DNA of 64,000 nucleotides from a virus, in the IMG/VR virus record IMGVR_UViG_3300029319_000012, positions 42,406-106,405 of that record; one strand, given 5' to 3'. The position numbers and the translations under genes were made by a program. The notes under the pieces are model-generated. The model worked only from the letters and a program-made list of their open reading frames with translations. It was not told the origin of the DNA and made no database searches. Below are positions 20,097-31,900 of this stretch, one piece after another; position 1 is the stretch's first letter, and the number at the start of each line of letters is the position of its first letter.

Positions 20097-20498
20097 ATGT
20101 CTGGAATAGGTCCAAAGTTACCATTATCACGAGATGTAGAAGAAGGTTTTTATGTTTCTAATAAAACGTATGCTGAGCAAATAAAGCAAAATTTCAAAAA
20201 CTTACTTTTAACATCACCTGGCGAACGAGCCATGAATCCTGATTTTGGAGTTGGTCTAAGGGATGTGTTGTTTGAGCCAAGACCGGTTGCAATTAACAAG
20301 ATTAAGCAAAGAGTTAATCAGCAAACGAAAAAGTACTTGCCATTCCTTGTGATAGAAGAATTAAACTTTGACCAAGGCGGCGATGACCAGTTTCATGTTG
20401 ACTCAAACATACTTTCTATTGAAATACGTTTTTCTGTACCAAGTTTAAATTTAAATTCTTCAATAATTTTAAATTCTGAGGATAATTATAGCACATGA
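20097..20498 (+). CDS. Baseplate wedge protein, gp25/GPW family
   Basis: QIKQNFKNLLLTSPGERAMNPDFGVGL matches the gp25 LLTxxGERxxxPxFG signature. Confidence 0.92.
   Translation: MSGIGPKLPLSRDVEEGFYVSNKTYAEQIKQNFKNLLLTSPGERAMNPDFGVGLRDVLFEPRPVAINKIKQRVNQQTKKYLPFLVIEELNFDQGGDDQFHVDSNILSIEIRFSVPSLNLNSSIILNSEDNYST
20481..20488 (+). promoter_or_regulatory. Candidate late promoter variant (GATAATTA)
   Basis: TAnTTA core 6 nt before the gp6 ATG, which lacks an obvious SD. Confidence 0.35.
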
Positions 20499-22288
20499 AA
20501 GATGAAACTAAAAAACTAATAAGATATACCAATAGAGACTTTAACTCTATTAAGCGTGGCTTGGTCGATTATGCTAAAAGATACTATCCAGATGTGTATA
20601 AAGACTTTTCTGAAGCATCATTCGGCTCGTTAATGCTCGATACTGTTTCTTATATTGGCGATGTTTTGTCTTTTTATCTAGATTATCAAGCAAATGAGTC
20701 GTTCCTTGATACAGCTATTGAGTACAACAATGTGTTAAGATTAGCAGAGCAAGTAGGCTACAAAGAGCATCTAAGCTCAAACTCTTTTGGTGTGCTAACA
20801 ATGTATGTTATATGCCCAGTTGATGTAGACGGTTCTGGTCCAGATTTAGATTACTTGCCAGTTTTGAACAAAGGATCAAAATTTTCAACTACAGCTGGTC
20901 AGATATTTACGTTGGTTGATGATGTTAACTTTGCTGATCCAAACAACGAGGCTGTTGTTGCAACACAAGACAACGACGGCGCACAGACTGCGTTTGCTAT
21001 TAAGGCATATGGAAATGTTATTTCTGGCGAGCTTACAGAGACAACCGTGAACGTTGGAGCATTTAAAAGATTTTTGAACATCCCAATCACTGAGCCAAAT
21101 ATAACAGAAGTTGTTTCAGTTGTTGATTCAGAGGGTCATGAGTATTTTGAGGTTGACTATCTTTCGCAAGACGTTGTTTATAGGTCTGTTGTTAATAAAG
21201 ACCCTGATACACGAGAAACAACACCAAACATCATAATAACAACATCGGTACCGAGGCGATATACTGTAAGTAAAAAGTTTGGTCAAGTCTCATTAAAGTT
21301 TGGCTATGGTTCTGAGGATACGTTAAAAGCAGATGCAGTGACTCACCCTGCAAATGTTGTTTTAAAGCGCCATGGCAGAGATTATGATTCAGATCTTTCA
21401 TTTGATCCAGCTAAGCTTATCCAGACTGATAAGTTTGGTATTTCGCCAGCCAACACAACAATGACAATTGTCTATAGGACCAATACTTCTGACAACAATA
21501 ATGTTGCTAGTAGGGCTCTAAATACTGTTACTCTTCCTTTAATGACTTTTGGAGCAAATGCAACAGATGCGTCAAAAAGAAGTCTTGTTTCAAACAGCCT
21601 AGAAATTCTTAACGATCTTCCAATTACTGGCGATATTTCTACACCTACTTTATCTGAATTAAAACAGCGAGCAACTGATGTGTTTGCATCACAAAATAGA
21701 GCTGTTACTGCAGAAGATTACGAAGCTGTGATTTACAGGATGCCATCAAAGTTTGGAAAGATTAAAAGAGCAAGAATTTTGAGAGATCAAGATTCTTTTA
21801 AAAGAAATCTAAATTTATATTTACTGACAGAAAATGCTGATGGACACCTCGCTTTTCTCAACGGGATATTAAAAAATAACGTTAAGACATGGATCAATAG
21901 TTATAAAATGGTCAATGATACAATTGATATTTTAGATCCTAAAATTGTAAATATCGGTATTAGATTTACTGCAATTGTTAATTATGATCAAGACAAATTT
22001 GAAGCTCTCAACTCTGCAATATCAACAATATCAAATATGTTTACAGAGAAACTAGATATTGGTCAGCCAATTTATATAACTAATATTTATAATCATCTCA
22101 ATAACTTAGAAGAAATTGTGGATGTTAGTAGTGTAGAGATCTTCTTAAATAGCGGCGGCTTGTATTCAGATCAAGAGGTTGACTTAAAACACATGACCTC
22201 AGCTGACGGTAGGATTTTATATGCTCCACCAGATACGGTGTATGAGTTAAGATTCCCTAACACTGATATTAAAGGAACAATTAAGTAA
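20495..22288 (+). CDS. Baseplate wedge protein, gp6 / baseplate-J-like
   Basis: RDFNSIK...KDFSEASFG...DVLSFYLDYQANESFLDTA N-terminus and QNRAVTAEDY motif typical of T4 gp6 homologs; follows gp25. Confidence 0.9.
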   Translation: MKDETKKLIRYTNRDFNSIKRGLVDYAKRYYPDVYKDFSEASFGSLMLDTVSYIGDVLSFYLDYQANESFLDTAIEYNNVLRLAEQVGYKEHLSSNSFGVLTMYVICPVDVDGSGPDLDYLPVLNKGSKFSTTAGQIFTLVDDVNFADPNNEAVVATQDNDGAQTAFAIKAYGNVISGELTETTVNVGAFKRFLNIPITEPNITEVVSVVDSEGHEYFEVDYLSQDVVYRSVVNKDPDTRETTPNIIITTSVPRRYTVSKKFGQVSLKFGYGSEDTLKADAVTHPANVVLKRHGRDYDSDLSFDPAKLIQTDKFGISPANTTMTIVYRTNTSDNNNVASRALNTVTLPLMTFGANATDASKRSLVSNSLEILNDLPITGDISTPTLSELKQRATDVFASQNRAVTAEDYEAVIYRMPSKFGKIKRARILRDQDSFKRNLNLYLLTENADGHLAFLNGILKNNVKTWINSYKMVNDTIDILDPKIVNIGIRFTAIVNYDQDKFEALNSAISTISNMFTEKLDIGQPIYITNIYNHLNNLEEIVDVSSVEIFLNSGGLYSDQEVDLKHMTSADGRILYAPPDTVYELRFPNTDIKGTIK

Positions 22289-23793
22289 TGGCTATAAAAA
22301 GATATACAGCAAACGCAGACAATACAATAACAAATGCCTTTGCCGCAGACTTAGTTACTAGAGGTACTGGCTCCAACATGGGTGCTGCTGATATACTAGA
22401 GGTTTTTTCTCTATATGGTCAAGGTAATTCAACCACATCAGCTGAATTGTCTCGTGCACTTGTACAATTTCCTGTTAGTCAAATTAGAAATGACAGGGTA
22501 AATGGTAATATTCCAGTTAGCGGCAGCGTTAGTTTTTATTTAAGAATGTTTAACGCTAAGCACTCTGAGCAGCTGCCACGAAATTTTACTTTAAATGTTT
22601 TAGCTGTTTCTCAGTCCTGGCAAGAGGGTACAGGATTAGACATGGAAGGTTACAAAGATATTACAAAAGATACGATCGATGGCTCGAACTGGAGTAATAG
22701 ACAAAAAGGTGTAGCTTGGGAAAAGATAGGCGGTTCTTATCATTCGTCATCATATGTTTCTGGCTCAACGATGCCTAATTACACTGCTACTTTTTCAAAC
22801 GGAACAGAAGACATTGATTTAGACGTTACTGAAGCGGTTGAAGAGTGGATAAGTGAAAACCAAGAGAATTACGGGTTTGGTGTTTTTCTTCCAACTGCTT
22901 CAGAGGCTTATAACTCTAATTCTTCTGGTGTTGATACCAGTATTCTCATTCACAATACTGCTGGCGCTCAAGCCAGTTTTTATACAAAAAGATTTTTCTC
23001 AAGATCGAGCGAGTTCTTTTTTAAAAAGCCATATATTGAAGCACGATGGGATTCAAGGGTAGAGGACGATAGAGGTAATTTTTATGCTAGCTCCTCTATG
23101 GTGCCTGGATCAGACAACGTTAATAATGTTTATTTATACAATTTTGTGCGCGGCTCGCTAAAAGATATCCCGCACACAGAGACTATTACCGTAAAACTAT
23201 TTGCTTCAACAAATGGCACTCCATCCGGCAACAGCTTAACTTCAGCTACGGCAACTAAAATTAGCACTGGAGTATACAAGGCTCAGTTAACCATTGATAC
23301 AGCGGAAACAGCGCTTCATGATGTCTGGTCTGGCTCTGTTGGGGGTCCGTATAAGACTGGATCAATATCTGTAAAAAGTCACGCGACAGACAATTTATTG
23401 TATAACAATACAAGTCAGTATGTAAGTAAAATTACTAACTTGAAACCCGTCTATGTTAACGAAGAGACAGCTAGACTTAGAGTTTTCACTAGAAGAAGAA
23501 ATACGAGTCCAACAATTTACACTGTAGCTACATCAAATGTGCAGGGTGAAATTATTCAGAGCGCCTCGTATGAAATCGTGCGAATGGTTGATAATGCAAC
23601 TGTGATACAAAATTCAACAGGTAGCAGCAACTATCAGACGTTTATGTCCTATGATACATCTGGCAGTTATTTTGACTTGGATATGGGCATGCTAGAGCCA
23701 GGCTACATGTACGGTATTAAACTATCTTTCTTTACGCTAAATGGCTGGAGAGAGCAAGAACAAGTATTTAAATTTAGAGTAGAAAATAATTAG
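22288..23793 (+). CDS. Virion structural protein with DNRLRE-like N-terminal domain
   Basis: ADNTI...NMG...LEV...SRALVQF...SWQEG...DVTEAVEEW...NYGF...PYIE pattern; baseplate context. Confidence 0.6.
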   Translation: MAIKRYTANADNTITNAFAADLVTRGTGSNMGAADILEVFSLYGQGNSTTSAELSRALVQFPVSQIRNDRVNGNIPVSGSVSFYLRMFNAKHSEQLPRNFTLNVLAVSQSWQEGTGLDMEGYKDITKDTIDGSNWSNRQKGVAWEKIGGSYHSSSYVSGSTMPNYTATFSNGTEDIDLDVTEAVEEWISENQENYGFGVFLPTASEAYNSNSSGVDTSILIHNTAGAQASFYTKRFFSRSSEFFFKKPYIEARWDSRVEDDRGNFYASSSMVPGSDNVNNVYLYNFVRGSLKDIPHTETITVKLFASTNGTPSGNSLTSATATKISTGVYKAQLTIDTAETALHDVWSGSVGGPYKTGSISVKSHATDNLLYNNTSQYVSKITNLKPVYVNEETARLRVFTRRRNTSPTIYTVATSNVQGEIIQSASYEIVRMVDNATVIQNSTGSSNYQTFMSYDTSGSYFDLDMGMLEPGYMYGIKLSFFTLNGWREQEQVFKFRVENN

Positions 23794-23811
23794 TATAAAG
23801 TTGGTTAACAC

Positions 23812-26800
23812 ATGAGCATTAAAGACCTATTTGATAAAGGCAAGACATTTAAGATCTTAAGAGATAAGAGTCAGCAGGATCTGCTGGAAGATCTTGAGTC
23901 GCCCAGGTTTATTGATGCATATAACGACAAGCAGCAAAGATTTATCCCTGATACTGACTTTACATCTGCTTCTAACTTTGCACGATTTGGTCTTGCAGAA
24001 GAGTATTACAGAGAAGCGATAGAGAGAATATATACAACTTACCCTTATGATGGGTCTCTAGCAGAAAGAACAGAGTGGGAAAATCAAAGTGGCTATTTAG
24101 ATCTTTTTATATTTGAGAATGAATATCCAAGAACTAATGGTTTTGTTAATATTAATCCAACAACCAGCTCTTATACTGGCGCTGGCACTAATAACGTACA
24201 TAATAGTACCGCGCCAGAATGGATCTACGTTAAAGGTGGTCCTCATGCAGATCCAAATTCAGATTTTAAAAGCGATTTTTCTGCTGGTCCTGATGGTGTT
24301 GGCGTTTCGAAAGCAAATATTTATCATACAGGCAGCAGAAGAACAAATAACTTAGAGTTAGACTTTACAAAAGGTGTAACAACAGAATTTTGGATGAAAA
24401 AAGACGGTTTTCATGCCTCCACCGCAGCGGTAGAAGTTATTTTTAGTAATCAAGTCATTAACAGTCATTTGAATACGTCTTACTATTCAGTGCAAGTTAA
24501 AAACGATGCGCAGACTAAAATTAACTTGGCGGCAGTTTCTGGTACAAAAGGAAGCTCTACAACTGCACTTTTTACGTTAGACTCTGGCTTGACAACCATA
24601 GCAGATGGTAATTGGCACCATTATGCAGTAACGGCTAAAACAAAAAATTCTCAAACTGAAGCTAACCTATATGTTGACGGTGTGCACACAGATAGACAAG
24701 TTGACAGTGATGCTCTTGGTGCTGTTACCGGCACCATGGTTGCAGGCATTGCTGCTTTGCCAGCTGCCATTGATTCAAATTATGGTGCAGGATGGGGTAA
24801 TATAATTTCTGCTTCCTTTGATGAGTTTAGATATTGGAAAGTTGAAAGAAACGCTCAGGAGATTGGTAGGAACTGGAGAACGCAAGTTAACGGCGGTACT
24901 AACACAGACAATTCCAAGTACGATGATCGCTTAAATACTGTTGATCTAGGTGTCTATTTCAAATTTAATGAAGGCATCGTTGGCAATTCAACAACAGACT
25001 CTACTGTTCTAGATTATTCCGGTCGCATATCTAATGGTTCGTTTAATAATTATAGCACATCGCACTCCAGAGAGACAGGCTCAGCGATAGTTTTGTCCGG
25101 CTTAGAAGCTACTGAGTTTAGAGATCCAATAATTTATTCAAGCCATCCTGATGTAGCTAGCCTGCTAGCATCTAAAGTAGCTTCTGGTTCTCTTCACGAC
25201 ACACAAAACTTTAACTCGATGTACAAATCTTTACCGGGTTGGATATTAGAGGAAGACGAAAAATCTTCTTTGCAGTTAAAAAATCTAACACAAATATTGT
25301 CTAGCTATTTTGATGATTTGTATTTGCAAATTGAAAAGCTACCAACACTCAAAGATATTAATTATCCTTACGACAATAGTTATGAAAAGCCACTGCCATT
25401 TGCACAAAGACTCTTATCAAGTCGTGGATTTGAAATGCCAGAGCTTTTTGCTGATGCATCTGCTTTGGCAAAATATCTTGAAAGAGATGAGAAAAAACTT
25501 TTTGAGAAAAAATTATATGAAGTAAAAAATATAATTTATCAAAACATTTATAACAACTTAATACACCTACAGAAAACTAAAGGCACGTTTAAGTCGCTGA
25601 GAAACTTTTTAAGATGTTTTGGCGTTGATGAAGACTTAATTAAGATTAATTTATACGCTAAAGACGATGTATATGAATTAAAAGAAAACACATCTAATAT
25701 ATCTATTAAGAAAAAGTATGCTGATTTTGATGATAGTGAAACCAGATTAGCGGCACAGAACAACACAACAAATTCGTATACAGCAACTGTGTATCAATAC
25801 TATGATCCTGATGATAGCGAGTCAATATCATACATACCAGCGCTCGGCGCGCCAGGCAATCAAAACGCTAGAATCAGTGGCTCATTTACTTTAGAAGCCG
25901 AAGTTATATTTCCAAAATTATCAACTAGAGAGACTGCAGCCAATCAAGAAATTTCTTTATTTGGCTTGCACAATGTTATTGCTAGCAATACCGACCTAGC
26001 TTTTATATCAGCTTCATCAGGCGATAATGCTAGTTTTAATATTGTTGCGACAAAGCAATCAAATAATGCTAGTGATGTAAAGTTTTCTATTAAAGGTTAC
26101 GATTCTTTTTTAACAGATCTAGAAACAGATAGTGCATATGTTAATGTTTATGACAATGAAAAATGGAATTTTGCTTTCCGACTTAGACCAACAAAATACC
26201 CAGTAAAGCCACACGTAAGCGGCTATTATGAACCAGCTGCCTCAGCGTATACTTACGAACTTTACGGCGTTAACTATCTTGCTGGAGTGCAAAAAAATGA
26301 ATTTACAATAAATGGAACTATGAGTGCTGCTGATGCCTTAAAGTTCTTTATAAGACCAAAACGAGTTTTTGTTGGTGCGAATAGAGTTGACTTTGAAGAT
26401 GCGCTCATTAGGCAGTCAGATGTCAAAGTTTCTTCTGTTAGATATTGGTTTGATTATATACCCAACGAGACCATCAAAGCTCACGCCAAAGACGCATCAA
26501 ATTTCGGCACAACAAATCCTTTTGAAGGCGCAACATCCTTGGTGACTGGAAGCATCTTTCAGCCCCAAACAGAGACGCTTGGCTTCCATTGGACATATGA
26601 AAACGTCACAGGCTCTAATGCTAGCGGACAGTTTTTAGTTAAAGATATATCATCTGGCTCTGCCGAAGTTAGAGCTAAAAGAGCTTATGGAACATTAAGC
26701 GCATTTACTGGCTATAAATACACTGGCAGGGGCTCTCACTTTGTTTCTGATGTAGGCTATCGTAACCAAGCAGTTGATGTAGAGTTTATTCCATCTGCAA

Positions 26801-28932
26801 AGCAAAAGCTACCTGAAGTCGTTAATAGCGATGACATGATTAAGATTTTAAACAAACAAGACGATGTAGTTTTTACAAGAGAAACAACTTATGTCCAGCA
26901 TATTATATCAATTGAAAAAAGCATGTATCAGGTTATTTCTGATGAAATGATTCGCCGCTTTGCAACGATTGTTGACTTTAACAACTTGATTGGCGAGCCA
27001 GTTAATCGCTATAGACCAAATTACAAAAGACTAGAAAAGCTTCGAGATTTATTTTTTGAAGACATCGAGAACGACCCAGATCTAGAAAAGTTTTTAGAAT
27101 ATTATAAATGGATAGATGATGCAGTTACTGTGATGATAGCAAAGCTTCTGCCGGCTTCATCAAATGTTCCAGACATGCTTAGAAACATGGTTGAGAGCCA
27201 TGTGCTTGAGCGCAGCAAATATCACTTTAAGTTTCCGACTTTAGAAGAAAAAACTATTGAGCCAATGAGTTCTTTGAAGAATCATTTAACTAATCCATCT
27301 TCAAAGTTAACGTCATACTCTAAAGACACCTTATCTAACAGAAATAACTTGTCTGACGCAGCTTTGATAATAAGTAAGATTGGTTATGATGGTGCTCGTC
27401 CTCACCCTCCAGAGTCTCCAATTCCTCAAAATAAAGGAGCAAATTGGTGGAAGTATAAAGCCGAGAGAAGCTTGGCGGATATAACATCAGGCGATGCTGA
27501 TGTTGACAATAATAGAGAAACTATCAGACAAAGAATAAGCAGGGTTGTATCTGGCTCAACAGCCACGTTAACACAGAAAGACGGCACCAGGTACGCCGCC
27601 TCTACACAGTACAACGATGCTTCGACACCATTTTTAAACTACAGTGCGCAAAAAACAAACACACTAAAAGGTGGCTCGAATCCCGTTGAGAAAAATAAAT
27701 ATGATTATTATAAAGGTGTTATACGATGGAACGACAGCAATAGAGGCATTGATTTAGATTTTTCCAGTCAGAAGACATTTGTTGATTTTAATTTTGCTGC
27801 TATTCCAGACCAACTGGAAGAGAAGAAAGTATTTTTAAATACTGAAGTCCGAACTTCTTTAATTACTCCTTTTGCTCTCCACTCTTCATCTGTTAACACT
27901 GGCTACCAAGGTTCATTCTCCAGTCACATTGGAGTTGATTTTACTGCTTTACATGAAGATAAGTATGGAAATGAATCTGAAAGACCAATGCAGGGTCCAT
28001 TTACAGAGCTGCATGTTGGCGGTGCACAACATCGCCATATAAAATTAAATCAAGGATCAGATAGCAGCACTAGCAGAGCTGAGGGGTGGTTCTTAAAAAG
28101 AGAGACAAATACTTCTTACAAGCTCATCCATCCCGCTGCTAGCGATACATCACTTCCATATGCAACAATGACCAGGGATCAGCTTGCTAAGCGACCGGTT
28201 AATATTAGAAACATTCATATGACTGGAAATACTCCAACAATTGCAGGAAATTTTCTTAATAGATATGAGTATGTTAGTACGGTAAGTCCTGAGGCTAACG
28301 ATCCATTTTTTGTTAAAAATGTAGATAGTTTAAACTCACATGTGCCAGAAATGTATAAGAGCATAATGTACGAAGATTTAATAGGCACACAGCCTGGGTT
28401 TAACAGAGCAACATACGGCTACAGGCAGTTTAGATTGTTAGATCGATCCTATATAGCTGGGACAACCAAAAATAAAACAAGAATTAGATCTAAATTTAGT
28501 TCGCCAGGAGATATAGAAACAACCTCTAGAGGGTTCTTAGATCCAGCACACGAAACGTTTGCTGTTGGCAGCACAGTTAATTTTAGAAATTCATCAGCTA
28601 GAACAATCTTTAACACGCAGATGCAGGCTCACCAAGGTCAGTTTGGCGTAAGCACGCATGGAGCTGGCTCTACATCGGCGCGTGTCTTTGGGTTGTCAAT
28701 GCGCGAGAAGCTTGGCAGTGTTAATAAAATTAATTATATTGTTGGCGTCGACGGCGCAGCAAAACACAAAATTCATAGAAACAACATTGAGAGATTAGAG
28801 CTATCCGGCTCTGCTTCTGATATAAGCTCTATGGCTGCAGTCACTGCATCATCTTTTGACAATGCTTTTGTATCTCATATGATTCCTAGAACAGATAATC
28901 AAACAAGATGGATAACAGCATCATTAATTTAA
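23812..28932 (+). CDS. 1706-aa baseplate protein with LamG/ConA-like domains and a gp7/P2-gpI-like motif
   Basis: DGNWHHYAVT, LYVDG, FDEFRYW, YFKFNEG (LamG-like); KTKGTFKSLRNFLRCFG (gpI/gp7-type KGT motif). Confidence 0.7.
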   Translation: MSIKDLFDKGKTFKILRDKSQQDLLEDLESPRFIDAYNDKQQRFIPDTDFTSASNFARFGLAEEYYREAIERIYTTYPYDGSLAERTEWENQSGYLDLFIFENEYPRTNGFVNINPTTSSYTGAGTNNVHNSTAPEWIYVKGGPHADPNSDFKSDFSAGPDGVGVSKANIYHTGSRRTNNLELDFTKGVTTEFWMKKDGFHASTAAVEVIFSNQVINSHLNTSYYSVQVKNDAQTKINLAAVSGTKGSSTTALFTLDSGLTTIADGNWHHYAVTAKTKNSQTEANLYVDGVHTDRQVDSDALGAVTGTMVAGIAALPAAIDSNYGAGWGNIISASFDEFRYWKVERNAQEIGRNWRTQVNGGTNTDNSKYDDRLNTVDLGVYFKFNEGIVGNSTTDSTVLDYSGRISNGSFNNYSTSHSRETGSAIVLSGLEATEFRDPIIYSSHPDVASLLASKVASGSLHDTQNFNSMYKSLPGWILEEDEKSSLQLKNLTQILSSYFDDLYLQIEKLPTLKDINYPYDNSYEKPLPFAQRLLSSRGFEMPELFADASALAKYLERDEKKLFEKKLYEVKNIIYQNIYNNLIHLQKTKGTFKSLRNFLRCFGVDEDLIKINLYAKDDVYELKENTSNISIKKKYADFDDSETRLAAQNNTTNSYTATVYQYYDPDDSESISYIPALGAPGNQNARISGSFTLEAEVIFPKLSTRETAANQEISLFGLHNVIASNTDLAFISASSGDNASFNIVATKQSNNASDVKFSIKGYDSFLTDLETDSAYVNVYDNEKWNFAFRLRPTKYPVKPHVSGYYEPAASAYTYELYGVNYLAGVQKNEFTINGTMSAADALKFFIRPKRVFVGANRVDFEDALIRQSDVKVSSVRYWFDYIPNETIKAHAKDASNFGTTNPFEGATSLVTGSIFQPQTETLGFHWTYENVTGSNASGQFLVKDISSGSAEVRAKRAYGTLSAFTGYKYTGRGSHFVSDVGYRNQAVDVEFIPSAKQKLPEVVNSDDMIKILNKQDDVVFTRETTYVQHIISIEKSMYQVISDEMIRRFATIVDFNNLIGEPVNRYRPNYKRLEKLRDLFFEDIENDPDLEKFLEYYKWIDDAVTVMIAKLLPASSNVPDMLRNMVESHVLERSKYHFKFPTLEEKTIEPMSSLKNHLTNPSSKLTSYSKDTLSNRNNLSDAALIISKIGYDGARPHPPESPIPQNKGANWWKYKAERSLADITSGDADVDNNRETIRQRISRVVSGSTATLTQKDGTRYAASTQYNDASTPFLNYSAQKTNTLKGGSNPVEKNKYDYYKGVIRWNDSNRGIDLDFSSQKTFVDFNFAAIPDQLEEKKVFLNTEVRTSLITPFALHSSSVNTGYQGSFSSHIGVDFTALHEDKYGNESERPMQGPFTELHVGGAQHRHIKLNQGSDSSTSRAEGWFLKRETNTSYKLIHPAASDTSLPYATMTRDQLAKRPVNIRNIHMTGNTPTIAGNFLNRYEYVSTVSPEANDPFFVKNVDSLNSHVPEMYKSIMYEDLIGTQPGFNRATYGYRQFRLLDRSYIAGTTKNKTRIRSKFSSPGDIETTSRGFLDPAHETFAVGSTVNFRNSSARTIFNTQMQAHQGQFGVSTHGAGSTSARVFGLSMREKLGSVNKINYIVGVDGAAKHKIHRNNIERLELSGSASDISSMAAVTASSFDNAFVSHMIPRTDNQTRWITASLI

Positions 28933-28939
28933 TATATAA

Positions 28940-28947
28940 TCTAATTA
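28940..28947 (+). promoter_or_regulatory. Candidate late promoter (TCTAATTA)
   Basis: CTAnTTA motif in a 37-nt intergenic gap, ahead of the GAGG RBS and ATG 28970. Confidence 0.5.
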
Positions 28948-28969
28948 TATGAGTAGGTTGAGGTAAGAA

Positions 28970-31900
28970 ATGGCTATAAGTGGATCTTTAAATTTTATAA
29001 CTTCAAGTAAATTTGCCATAATATCTGACGGAGGTTCGCCAACATTTGGTGATGATGAGTCGGCAGAAAATGGCTTGGATGGAGTTTTATATAATTTTGA
29101 CTTTGTTGGCTTAAATGTTGGTATTAATGAGCCTATCAGTTCCTCTGCAAATACTTTAGGGTACCCTGCTGACGTTGATGTCGCGGAGTATATTAACAAT
29201 AAAAAGCCTGGAGGCACATATTTAGTTGAAGAGTTAACTAGCGATCATCGTGCCAAAGTTTTAAATCCGCTTTTGCACCACCGTAATGGACCTTATCAGC
29301 ATCCATCCTGGAAGCAAATAAGAGGCGGGAATCACCCAATTGCGCGCCTTCACAGATCACAAAACACAATGTCAATTGATTTTAGCCAGCCAAGAAAGAA
29401 GGTTGTTAGTTATGATTTTGATGAAAACTATCCACAGCCACCTGAGGCTCTTAACCACGTATTGATTGTTAGTAGATCTAATGGTAAAACACATCCTAGT
29501 TTAAGACACTTTTATGAACCAGCGGTTATTTCACACCACAAGCCCATGAGTTATCGCATCGGCGCTGTGACTTTTAGACAGCCCGTACACAATGAAATAA
29601 GTTATTTTTCTAATCAGATTCTAAACGAAAAGCTTGATGTGTCAGACGGAGATATTAATACAACTTCGTCTTATAAAGATAAAGAAATTTATTATAGAAC
29701 ACTTCATATTGCTAAAGCAATTGGCGCAACTAACTTTTTATACTCTCAAACAATCTTTCCAAGAGGAATCAATACTTATAGAAAATTTAAGCTATTGAAG
29801 CCAAACTATGAAGAGGTCGCAGGCACCGGACCAAATGGATATGACCGTGCGCTTAATAGAAGCTTTTGGTCTGATACAGCAGACGGAAGACTTCGAACTG
29901 CTTTTCAGGCTTTAAACTCTCAAGAAACAAGGCAGGATAATACAATTAGTAATTTGTATTCTGCAATTAATTTTAGTGATGGCTATGGCGCTTCACCTCA
30001 AGCCAGCAGAACTGGCTCAGGAGATCCTGCTAGTGGTTTTGATTTTGGTGTTGAGTTTGTACCATATCACTATACTTTAAATGTTGCAGTTAGCGGAAAC
30101 TCTTCGACTGATCGTCCAAACAACCACAAGATTGCTTTTACACATAATGGAATTGTTGCTAATCAAATTAATACAATGTCGGGTACTTTAAATGAATTTG
30201 GCGAGCCAGCTGATGGTCGTGCACCTTTTGCGATTTTGGATGCTTACCAGCCTTATCCAATATCTCTTTTAAGTAAATGGCCATTAGAGGTTCGTGCAGA
30301 CATATATGATAAGCCTCATTATCTCACATCAACTTTTGGTGGAAACGGGCTGATGATTGGTTTGACGCCTAATTCTCTTTCAGCTAGTTTAGCAGGTTTA
30401 GGTAGCTCAAGCTACGCTGCAAGAATTACTGCTACTTTTGGTATGGTCACTAGATCTGCCGGAGAGTTAGTTTATAGCACAAAGCCTACTATTTTCTTTA
30501 GACAGGTACCTGGAACGACAATTGATTTTTCTGATAAAACTAATCGATTTTTTGCGGCTGGTGGAGTTGGAGATTCATATAAGAATCCCACTAATTCTCT
30601 TGATGCTACTTACGCTCATCCTTATCCTTTTGGAACCTATGGCGGCTTTAAGACAAATACAAAGATATTGGGATATTCACACGCCACAGCATCATTGCAA
30701 TACCATAGGCATGTTTATCCTTATAACACGCCTTTTTGGTCGACTCATAAAATTATTGGTAGAAATCCAATGTATAATTCGTATGAGGCTTTTATTGGCT
30801 CTGAATTAGACACAGTTTTTAAAGAATATTCAATATTGCCAGAATTTAGATTTGGAGACCATCTTGAGTATTATGACAAATTAATTCAAGAATATGAAAA
30901 GTTTCCAGGACCAGTTTTTGAAGCTATTAAACATGAGGTGCAAGATGATAAGCTTAAGCTGGCAAGAGCTGCAAAAGCAGATCTATTTGGCTTGTTTAGC
31001 CAGAAAGAGATTTTTAAGTATCACAAATTAAACTTCTTGAAACTTGATGGTGCAGACCATACTGCCAGCTCGGACTTACAATCGCTAAAAGACTTAGATC
31101 CAAGCACAGTAAACTATGAATATGATGAGCTGGTTGGTGCTGTTGCCGAGCCAACATTAGATCCCTCTGTACCATCAGCTTTATCCAACGTTCAAGCTTA
31201 TAAACGATCACAAGAGGCAGTTAATTTTTATTCAAAATATTCACACACAGATAGATTAATTAATTTTTCAAACTTAATGGCTCAAAATAAAAGTCTATTT
31301 ACAAACGATGATACAACAATACCATCAAAAATCACGTTTAAATGTAAAGCCGTTAAAAAACTTTTGCCTTATGATGGGTTTTATCCTGTTACAAGAACAG
31401 TACAGATAGGTAATTATCTTAAGCAAGCTTTTGGTTCTGATGCTATTCTGTCTTCTCAGCAAGTTTCAGCCTCTGGAAAAACTAGTATTCTAACAACTGA
31501 TGAGAAACTACAAGGGCTACTGGAACACCTGATGGCTCCTGGTGTATTTTATAATTCAATTAAATCTGGAATTGCAGTTGATTATCCAGTTATTCAAACA
31601 GATCTTAATAGGAATAGAGCCAATACTGGCCGCGGCGGCGAAGGACTTATCAACACCAATGTTTTTCATTATATCCCAACAGATACCGTTGATGATCCAA
31701 ATGTTTTAATACAACTTGTGGGTTCAAATTCGCTAACTAGTTCATACGGATATGGAGGATTTCAATCTGTTGGTGCTGCACCGGTTTTACCAGCAATATT
31801 AAAAAAGAATGCGTTCAGCGCTGGTCTGCAGTCAAGTAACCCCACCGACCGGGATTTTAATATTGGTAATTTTTCATCTAGATTGCCTTTTGAGTATCTT